DNA of 62,548 nucleotides, filler included, from Kipferlia bialata (lineage: Eukaryota), in NCBI GenBank assembly GCA_003568945.1. It is 4 parts of 4 records of this genome, joined end to end, with 100 filler letters (N's around TTAATTAATTAA, not from the genome) between each part and the next. Parts side by side here need not be neighbours in the genome. Positions count along the whole stretch, not along the records: positions 52,810 to 62,548 come from BDIP01000532.1; 3 more parts are not named here. One strand, 5' to 3'. The notes under the pieces are model-generated. The model saw only the letters and a program-made list of their open reading frames with translations, was not told where the DNA came from and did no database searches. This document shows, one piece after another, positions 52,856-62,548 of the stretch (the first letter of the stretch is position 1; every line of letters begins with the position of its first letter). The translations under genes and the position numbers were made by a program.

Positions 52856-54173
52856 GCTGTCTGTCCAATGGGTCTGGGGTGTCGGTGGCCAGGGACGGCA
52901 CTATCAGGGTGTGGGGGATGTCGAGAGGTGGGGCACTGGTGTGTTGTATTCACAGCCGAACTGGTATCCCACCACTCAAATCTCATGCTTAGGTGGTACT
53001 GGTACATGTGTGCGCACTATTCGCATTCCTGGGCGTCTCTGCTGTGAGGCAGTGCTGACACCGACTGGGGAGGGAGAGGGAGAGGGAGTGGCGGAGGCCG
53101 AGGCAGCCACTGGGACCCGGTGGAGCAGTGAGCGTGGGGGCCAGGGCGTGTCCGCTCTACTGTGTGTTTGTGATGACGAGTGTGTGTCTATAGTCAATCT
53201 AGACAGAGGGGTTAGGGTGAGTAGATGGGAGCCAGAGGGGTCCTCCAAGGTGCGCTGTCTAGAGGCCATTCCAGGGTGAGTGTAACGTAGTGTCTGCTGT
53301 TCGGGTTGTCCTCTCTGACGGTGTGTGTCTCTCACCCCAGCGGCGGTGTGCTGGTAGTGCTAAGTGATGGGTCCTCTCTCTCTCTCTCCGTGCCTGACCT
53401 CACGGTGCTGCACGGACCAGTCACTCTGCCCCACTCCAAGGTGTGTCACACTCAGTGGCCGCTATGCTTCTGGGGATTGCTCTTCCCCACCCTCCCTTGA
53501 CCCCAGGGCGTGTGTGCCGTGTGCACCCCCCTATCTGTCGAGCCCCACCATGCCAAGCTGGGTGCGGCATCCGTGGCAGAGATCGTGGCAGCGGCAGGGA
53601 GGGACGGCGGAGTGAGTGTATCTGTTATGTCAGGTATGGGATAGTATTGCGAAACTGGTGGTGTACTTCCATTTGATTCCCCCTCCCACTCCAGGAGACA
53701 CACACGTGTTTGTGCTACCTGGTCTGTTCAGAGGCTGGGCCACAGGTATGTGTATACCACTCTTGACTTGCCCTTGCAGTCTGCTATAGGACTACATATC
53801 CACTAACCGGTCGCTGATTCTTACGTTAGGATGTGCGTTTCATCCTCGCTGCAGTCGGTTGCTCATAGCATGCGGAGAGGATGGCTATCTTAGAGGTATG
53901 GCCGTCCCATATGTGTCTGGTTAGATCTACGTTTGTAACGTTGCTGTATCTGACTGATCTCAAGGCGTGGACGTTAAGATGGGACAGACGCTGTTTGAGG
54001 CGGATCTCGGCAGTGCGTGTGTCTCCTTGACGGTAAGAATGGAGGGCCTCGCCTGTGTGGCGTATGTGCAAACAGAGAGAGACGGAGTTGTTAGAGTGCC
54101 TATTGTAGGCCAGACGGACGGGGGTGCTTTGGAGGCCGTGTCTCCCTCCCCCTCCCCCTCTTCCACCATTTAG
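52856..54173 (+). CDS. WD40/beta-propeller protein, C-terminal part
   Basis: GVSVARDGTIRVWGMS...CVRTIR is a typical WD40 end. Further beta-rich exons run to TAG at 54171-54173. Confidence 0.6.
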
Positions 54174-54744
54174 CTTGGTCTAGTGTACTTGTTTACCCGG
54201 AGCACAGGGGTTTCTGGTTGTTTATGTGTTTGTTGTGGTCATGTCCTATGTATATTCCAGATATCGAGTAGAAGTTGTATCTTGGTAAAGGCAGAACTAG
54301 TATTATAGCAACCCAATGGAGCAGTACTACCATAGTTAGAGGAGTGAAGTGCTGGGCCCTTCTACGAGTGTGACAGTATCCTGTGATTATGTATAATAAC
54401 ACCGACAGAGGCACTGATAAGACTCAGCAAACTGTGAGTCCGCCAACTGGTGATATTCGTCTATTCATGACAACCATTGACTCCTGTCGAGTCCTGTCAC
54501 AGACTATGATTTCCGTCTATACCTGTTACAGAGTGTGTCAGTTACACCCCCTCTTGTCTCGGATGCGTCCACGTCCGCTTACTAGGCCTAGTACAATAAC
54601 TGAACTTAGCTTAGATTCAGATCGATTTAGAATTTAGGTTGGGTCAATCGGAATCAATCTAATTGATCGACCTACTTCTCTACTACTTGGTAAACTAGGA
54701 CCTAGTAGGAGATCGATCTTGTTGAGATCATCTGTTTCACAACA

Positions 54745-55370
54745 ATGTCGGGTATTCCGAAGCCATCCAGGAGTGTTTCGGCGTTTCTGCGACTTGTGGT
54801 GAAGTACGAAAAGCGTAGGGCAAGGCTAGAGGAGGTGAGGATTGTTAATTTTTGCTGGTATGCTATTATTGTCCTGATCTCTTGATTACTCCAATACCAG
54901 GTTAAGAAACAGACTAAAGGGAGTCACCACCCGGATGTTGCGGTGCGGCTGTGGAATGCAGATCGAAGGTGCGACTTGAGACACTCTTGTTGATATATTA
55001 TTGTGTGGTCTTGTCAATCCTGATTCATTTATGTGATGTGATGGGATTCATTCTCTCGATAGCTAATGGCAGGTTGAGAGGTATGCGTCGTCAGATCGCG
55101 AGAGACCGGAGGATCCTGGACAGGGACATTTCAACTACGTTCGAAACACCTGAGCGGGAGAGACTGTGGTTAAGACAGTTAGAAGAGAAGTGTTACTCTT
55201 TCGCTCAGGGCAGGCAGTCCCACATGATGGACTTGAAGTACAATGGTGTGATTACAGTGTGGAGGGAGACAGACCTGGTACCTCCCATTCTGTATGTTGG
55301 GGTAGACTTAGATCGGCTGGACGCATGCCTTGACACATATTGTGAGGACATGGGAATAAATGAATTATAG
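54745..55370 (+). CDS. Small basic hypothetical protein, 3 exons (54745-54834, 54901-54968, 55073-55370)
   Basis: In-phase splicing gives MSGIPKPSRSVSAFLRLVVKYEKRRARLEE|VKKQTKG...ADRR|LRGMRRQIARD...GINEL*. Confidence 0.6.
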
Positions 55371-55674
55371 CTGTTATGCCTGTCACAGAGTGTGTCACTG
55401 ACAGTGTCAGTTGTTATCACTATATTTTTCAATTGGGGTTTAGGAATCGTCTCGGAATACACTGTATACTATCTCTCTCCTCTCTGTCCCCTAGGAACAT
55501 GACAGGTACGAGGAATGTTGCCACTGGGTGTATGGTGACTGGTGGAGTGTATTTTCGTGGTGTTTACTGACTATTGCTTCCAGCCGTGCCTTTGTATATC
55601 ACATATTGTACATCACCTATTGTACATCGCCTATTATTAGTAGCAGACTGGAACCCACTCTCACGTCAGGAGGC

Positions 55675-56681
55675 ATGTGGATAGTGCTGTACAGCGTCCT
55701 GTTCCTGCTCCTGGCAGGATTGATGTTCCTGCAGGTCTACTACCTCATATCATTCAAGTGAGTAGCCCTTCGTATACTTAACCATAAGTAGCTGTTTGGT
55801 GTAATGTGTAGATGCTGCTCTGGTTAAGAGCCCTATTCAGGACTTGGGCCCCCCTTTCTCTCAGCTACCCCCCCCCCTCCAACTACACACACCTACCCTC
55901 ACCTCAGCGACCTTGATCACGATCTGATCAATAGCATCGAGATCACCAGGAAGCTCAACCCCCTTGTGATGCCAGAGATAATTGCTAGCTTTGTTGGGCA
56001 GGTATGACACTTCGACTCACTTGTCCAGTCTCCTTCTAACACTTCCCGGTTCTCTGACTCATTTCAGGCCATGTTTCTCTTCACAGGCAACTGGCTAGGG
56101 TTCCTACTCATGATACCTGCCAGTGTGATCAACAGCCGCAGAATGCAGCTCAGACAGGTGTGTTCTCCATTGTACTCGACCAGTGTTGTAGTGGTTGGAT
56201 GCATTAATCCACTGCTTGTCCAGTCTACTTAATTGTGAGAATGAATGCCGCAGTGGAAGGATACAACAATAATGAGTATATTGTGTTCTATTTCGGAAGC
56301 CGCATGCATTCTTTGTATGGTACGTACCTGTTCTAGAGTTCTGCTTACCCCAGACCAAATTGGACTCCACTAACATCTTTGTCGTACTTCCCAGAGAGAC
56401 CCGTGTAGCTATCATTAAGGTACGTCCTTCCTTGTAGTGACAGTGTTGTAAGATGTATAAGTGATATATGATATATACAGATGGTGTTGGGCTTCTTTAG
56501 TGTTCCCTTTTCTCTTCGCTGGTACTATGCCCTGTCTAGATATTAAATGATTACTATTGGATATTCCCCGCCTGACCCTCAGCTTCTGAACTTCGTCGTG
56601 GTCTGGGTATATGTGATTGTAAAGCTCGTGATGGCGCTGGTAAAGAGTCTTTCAAAGGGTCGGTACGGACGTTTCCGGTAG
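55675..56681 (+). CDS. Cornichon / Erv14 ER cargo receptor, 5 exons
   Basis: QVYYLISFN|DLDHDLINSIEITRKLNPLVMPE...FLFTGNWLGFLLMIP...LDSTNIF...IKLLNFVVVW matches cornichon (DLExDxxNP, LNxxvxPE, DxTxIF). Confidence 0.9.
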
Positions 56682-56901
56682 ATGCTCAGTCAGATCCATA
56701 GATCTTGAACTGTTTGACCCAACCATCAATGTAATAAATACACATAGCTGTCTGCGGTGTCGGTTGGAACGGACTTGCCACACATTGAGGTGACAAGATA
56801 ATTGTCTTCTCTCTACGTATAACATATGCACATTCAATAGCAAGAGTGGCCCCATATTAACACTATTTATTGAATAATGTGTTCCTCAATAATGAAGTCT
56901 C

Positions 56902-57128
56902 TCACGGTACCTCAAGGTCGCTACTACAATCTGTCTCATAGCTACAGAGTGCCACAGACACGCCGTCCCACACAGCCCTATTGGGCCTGCTATCTCTCTC
57001 ACGGTCTCCAAGGCCGGCCTCAGCCTCTCTCTCTCTCTCCCGCCCCCCTTCCTCGCCCAGGAAGAGATCTTCCCCAGCCTCTCTCTCTCTCTCTCCGCCC
57101 CTGCTTGTAACAAACTCAACACGCACCC
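56902..57128 (-). CDS. Orphan terminal exon of a minus-strand gene
   Basis: Preceded by a CCTAACCTTCAG branch/acceptor; reads VRVEFVTSRGG...CSSDLEVP*. No upstream exons found beyond the poly-C run at 57212-57261. Confidence 0.35.
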
Positions 57129-57211
57129 TGAAGGTTAGGAACACAACGCGGGAAAACATAGAAAGGGTAAGAGAAGAAAACCCTATGCAAGAGAATTATT
57201 ACCTAAACGCG

Positions 57212-57261
<50 letters not shown>

Positions 57262-57281
57262 AGTAAGCCCCCCAAAACGGC

Positions 57282-57331
<50 letters not shown>

Positions 57332-57700
57332 CAACTACCTTAAGATATCCAACGTTGCCAGAGTACTCTGATTGAGTCTGTGTCAATCTCCATTACCATC
57401 CCTCTCTTACACCCATCTTAGCCACGTCAGTGTCTTCTAAAGGTTTACATTACATATCCTGTCTGCCAACACACTCAATATCAAACTCAATTAACCGAGA
57501 TACTGCCTAACACAGCCAATGTACTGTCTGTGAGTTAAGCCAACGCAATCAGTATAGAGGGTAATATACAATGATACTGAGTCATACCTCCATATTACTA
57601 TAGCCAATGTTCTGTCTATCAGTGCTGCCTTCACTCTCAGGGTCTCAAGATTAACTATATATATTGTAATACTTACAAATACATGTATCCTAACATACAG

Positions 57701-59069
57701 CCAAGATACTCTCTATCAGTGCTGACAACACCCTCAGTGCCACTAGTATACCCTGTCCCATCAAGTATGACAGGATGACACACACATGCCACAGGATAGG
57801 GGGGGAGGTGGGTATCTATGCATATATATACCAGTGACATAATGGAGTACTATCTCTTTCATTATATGTGTTGATTTCATGTAAATTACCATTATACTTC
57901 CACCAGGTATTTGTTCTTGTCTCCCAAGTCACTGTCCTGTACGATAGCATAGGTCCCATAGAGCTGTACTCATGGAGCATAGACACTAGGTGCACATATC
58001 ATACTATATTGTATTGTTTATATATATATATATATATATGAATATTTATGGTTATACAATAGAGCTGTACTCATGGAGCATAGACACAAGGGAAGTAATC
58101 TCTTATATGATTTGCCACATGTATATGTATTCATACATACGGTGTTAATTCATTATATTGAGGCTATATTACAGTATATACATGTATATATATACAATAG
58201 AGCTATACTCAAGGATCATAGACACAAGGGAAGTCGCAACTACCAATAGTGTATCATAATACCAGTATATATATTCAGGTATATACAAAAGTATATATGG
58301 AGCATATACACGATGTGCACACATAGGTGTCTTTCCTGTATATTGTGCATGTCACACTTACTATCCTAATACTCAGAGAATGGCGTGAGATTCCCCGTAT
58401 GACAGACGATATGGTGCCTGTAATGTGGCCTGAACTGGAGGTATACTTCCTCCCATACTACCTTTTTGAACTACCTATATCCATGACTGTCTCCCCACCT
58501 CCATATTGTTATGTGTTGAGTCCCTTGATGTTTCCGTATACATATACATCCCGCTCACTCTATATACTGACTTTGTATACGACTCTCTCTCTCTCGGTGA
58601 GAGTCTCCCCCTCCCCTGTTCGATATGGGTGTTCATAAGTGTCGTTGTCTGGTATCTGTTCTGTGACGTGACCACAAGTCATGCTGGCACCCTGCCTTTC
58701 TTTCATCTCACATATGTATATATCCATGTGTGGTACCCTTGTGTCCTTGACAGCCTTTTTAGGTGCTGATAACCCCCCCCCTTCTCTCTCTGTCAGGTAC
58801 ATATGTATACATATCCTGTTGGTCTGATGCCCAGTCCTGCTGGCACCCTGCCTTTGTGCTGTCAGATAGACTGTGCATAGTGTGTGCATCGGACGAGGCA
58901 TGCCCAATATATGTACATATATATAGTATTAGTGACATATATGCCCCCTATATGTACATATAGTTATCATTCCGTGATATTGTAAATATGCGTATTCAGC
59001 CTGTCACTTACAGTGTCAGACAGACTGTGCATTATGTGTGCATCGGACGAGGTGTGTTGATATGTACAG

Positions 59070-59104
<35 letters not shown>

Positions 59105-61243
59105 CATATGCATATATATAAAGTATAGTATGTAACATATACTGTCAGACAGACTGTGCATAGTGTGTGCATCAGACGAGGTATAACTTATATGTACATA
59201 TATATAGTAGTAATATATATATAAATATATCTTGATACTGAGCCTGTCACTGACAGGGTCAGACAGGCTGTGCATAGTGTGTGCATCGGATAGAATATTC
59301 GCGCCAGTAAGATGGCGCGAAGGTATGTTGATATGTACACACACACACACACACACATATAAATATATATATATATATCTATATAGTATAGTAGTATGAT
59401 ATATGTAGTGTGTGGCTGTCCGTGCATAGTGTGTGCATCGGATGACCAGTATCAGTATCAGTATCAGTATGAGGTTTGCTGTATTATTGAGTTGACTACA
59501 GATGCAGTGTTATACGATATGCAGTTGGGTACCTCACACTTGCTATTTCTGTATCAATCATATCGTGCCTAAAGTGCCGAATTCCATGTCCTCTTTATCT
59601 GTTTAATAGAACTTATGCACATGTATTTCACTGTCTTGCTCACTCACTCGGTACTCCGTGTAGTATAATATATATATTATAGATAAATAGTATAATATAT
59701 TTATTATAGATAAATAGTATAATATATAGTATAATTAATATACCTTGTACCTATTTGTCTGTATACATTGTCTCACTCCAGTTTTCCCCCTATGGTGGCC
59801 ATCTATGGGTCTATGATCCCCAGAGTCAGGCATGGGCTGAGGTGGATGCATGTCCACCCGACTTCAGCACATTGCCTGCACACGCAACAGTTGGTGATAA
59901 GGTAAGCATATAGACTGCAGTATTGTGTTGCTATACATTGATATGTATATATATTGCATTCTCTGCACATACAGCAATTGGTGACAAGGTACTAGTATCA
60001 AGAAACATGTAGTTCTCATTGCCAGAGTGTCTGTGGTTTTATGAGTGACTACATACCTGGTGAATATTGCTATAACTAACAGTTACTGTGGTTGTATGAA
60101 TGACTTCGGCACTGGGAGTATTATTTCAATATAGTATCTATGATTATATGTGTTCTGACCTAGACCCACTTTGTGGACCGGACTACCATGGAATACCACA
60201 CCCTGGCCCTACACAATGGAAACGATGGTGTACTAGAGGGTACCTGGATAGAGGAGGAACCAATCAGCGGGTATATATGGGAATAGTAGTGCCGGAACAT
60301 TTATGTCCTCGTACAGTCCATCTATCCACTATTATGAGAAAACATCTGTACTTCTATATAAGACTCTCATACTAGTGTTGTGGGAGACTTCTCTGCATGC
60401 ATGGCAGTCGGTCAGCACATGGTGTTCATAGGGGAGAGGGACGGATATAGTGAGGTATCGAGTATTTGTTCATTGTATGCATTGACCAGTGTACCTTGGG
60501 GTGCTATGTGTTGTGTTGATACCTACTCTCTCTTCCACATTTCTTCTCCATCCTTCTTCTGTACACTATTCATACGACGTGTCTACCATTCAGATTTGTC
60601 TCTTGGGCACTTTCTCCGTTACGTTGTAGGCTTTAGAAGCCATAGTATTCTCTACTGATATATTGTTGCATATGATGTCCTCATAACAGATGTGCTCTCT
60701 AGACACTGTCTCCGTTACGTTATACTGTTTAAGATATAGTGTGTACTATATGATCAGTGTTTCGGCTATAGTATATGATGTCCTCATACCAGATGTGTTC
60801 CTTGGACACTGTCTCTAGTACCCTGCAGGAGTGGCCTCATATTGAGGATGGGATAGACGTGGAGTGTGGAGGTACCGACTTTACCATATCACAATATGTC
60901 ATGTATACACTCACCCCAGTTGTGTGCCCTGTTGACCTCCTCACCCACAGCTTTGCAATACCAAATGACTGATATCACAAGTATATTGGCTGGTACATAT
61001 GTACATCTCAATTCTTCGTCTCACCCTGACCCACCTGTACCATACCATTTTACCATACCATTATACCATACTAGATGAATGAGAAGTATATATGGGCCAC
61101 AATGCATCTACATCTTTCTACTTTACGTCTCACTCCCAGTTGTGTACACTGTTGACCCCCTGACCCATCTGTACCAGAGTGCACACATGGCAGAGCAGGG
61201 ACACGCATACGTGTTACGCTTTACCCTAAGGGAGTGTGAGTAA
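57701..61243 (+). CDS. Kelch-like beta-propeller protein; 5' end not found
   Basis: Exons LYSWSIDTRE|WREIPRM, SCWHPAFVLSDRLCIV, HLWVYDPQSQAWAEV...HATVGDK|THFV, SACMAVGQHMVFIG, SLDTVSSTLQEW resemble Kelch blades. Stop TAA at 61241-61243. Confidence 0.6.
58835..59445 (+). repeat. Five copies of the exon end (TCAGACAGACTGTGCATAGTGTGTGCATCGGA-like)
   Basis: Direct repeats at ~58862, 59016, 59145, 59259 and 59422 with TA/CA microsatellite spacers. Confidence 0.88.
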
Positions 61244-61660
61244 CTATAGTAGTCTAACATTGTTATTGTGTTTAACATATGCGCTTAAGTGCCGGAGTTC
61301 TCAGTTGGCAGAGCAGGGGCATACGTACTCTGATTCAGACCATCAGTAAATGCGGATTGAACCTAAACGTGTGTTAGACTCATATTGTGCACATATACAC
61401 ATATATATTCAAACGTGGTACAAGGACATGCATACGTACTATGGTACATGCCTTCTGCGGAAAACAACTAAATCGGGTAAAATGTAGCAAATACCCATCT
61501 GTAACGAAGCGGATGGCCAGACTCAGAGCCTAGGTGTTCATGATGTACTCAAGCATTAGACTGACGTTTCAGACGTCAAACACACTCTTGCGATAAGGGT
61601 GAGGAGTTGACATCTCGCTGAAGTGTCAACGTATCTATAGATCTACATAGCAAGTAGGCC

Positions 61661-62497
61661 ATGGAATCCAAGCGCCTATATGCAGTGCTACCGTCACCTG
61701 GCAAGGGGAATGGGTGTTTTGCCATAGAGGTTGGCATGGGAGCGGTCCTATTGTGGATATTATAGATCGAGAGGGGGCAACGCTGAGTGAAAGGTCCGTT
61801 CATACTCTGTGGGTAGCTCTATCCATAGCTATCCATGCCTCACTCATGTGGAAGACTGACCATAGGACATCCCCCAGGGTACCTGTGTGCTGAGGGAGGC
61901 ACCCTTCCTACTACTCAAGGTAGAGAACTATCCCTCTCTCTCAAAGCACGAGATCTATATGTCCTGACACACTATAATGAGCCATTGATGGTATTCCTTA
62001 CACCCAGGAGGACTATGGGGACTTTGGAGACATCAGGCGCAAGCTCTACTCAAAGAGGTACAAGGACTCTCTCGCCTTCTAGTGTTCAGACCTTTGTCTC
62101 TCCCTCTCCGTTTCTCTCTCTTTGTGTCTCTCTCACCATAGGAAGAAGGCCAAGCTGGCTGCCTTCTGATATCTCTCTCCCTCTATATATATGTAATGTA
62201 TATATCTCTCTCTCTCTTTGTGTCTCTCTCACCTTAGGAAGAAGAAGGCCAAGCTGGTCATATCTATATGTATGAGAATATGTTTTGTCTCCCTCTCTCT
62301 ATATATAATGTATATATGTATATATGTATGTATATGTCACCCCCAGGAAGAAGAAGGCCAAGCTGTATCTATATATATGTATTGTATATCTCTCTCTCTC
62401 TCTATAAATATATCTGACTCTAGGAAGAAGAAGGCCAAGCTGGCTGCCTTCCGTGCTCTGGCCACTGGACATCCCATAGGGAGGCTGGGCAACAAGG
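61661..62497 (+). CDS. SET-domain protein (Set5/SMYD-like), N-terminal part running off the window
   Basis: MESKRLYAVLPSPGKGNGCFAIE|DIPQGTCVLREAPFLLLK matches the SET N-terminal motif GKGxGxFAxxDIxxGxxxLxExP. Confidence 0.75.
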
Positions 62498-62548
62498 TGT
62501 GTATACTCTCTCTCCCCCCCCCCCCTGTCTCTCTCTCTTCCTCTCTCC

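Noticed and set aside
58835..59445. Repeat-spacer pattern resembling a CRISPR array (also 4500-5400 and 45700-46130)
   Set aside because: The repeats are copies of exon ends with splice sites, the spacers are variable-length microsatellites, no cas genes are present, and the context is eukaryotic.
162..62275. Most short ORFs in the supplied track ([12 protein letters not shown], poly-P/G)
   Set aside because: They are translations of intronic microsatellites, or antisense and off-frame shadows of real exons. Many start at GTG or TTG.
1..62548. Transposases, retroelements, tRNA or rRNA genes
   Set aside because: None recognised by eye. Small ncRNAs cannot be excluded without covariance searches.

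Overview
This is eukaryotic, intron-rich protist DNA, not prokaryotic. The window joins four separate contigs with artificial N44-TTAATTAATTAA-N44 linkers (17535-17634, 35123-35222, 52710-52809). The fused branch-point/acceptor signal (CT[A/C/G]ACCCC(C)AG), very high intron density and (GA)n/(TA)n-rich introns suggest a free-living fornicate such as Kipferlia bialata (inference). Genes I spliced by hand: an RRM protein, FAM221, a ZNFX1/Hrr1-like SF1 helicase, CK2 alpha (partial), ornithine decarboxylase, GH27 alpha-galactosidase, a bacterial-type endonuclease I (partial), cornichon, WD40, Kelch-like, SET-domain and ARM-like proteins, plus several hypothetical membrane proteins. The most striking signal is 'exon echoes': many introns, and some 3' flanks, hold ordered ladders of partial copies of the neighbouring exon end together with its splice site. 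These apparently non-coding copies differ from the real exon and from each other mostly by synonymous or conservative codon changes, as if each copy had passed through protein-level selection. Exon boundaries are manual inferences without RNA data.
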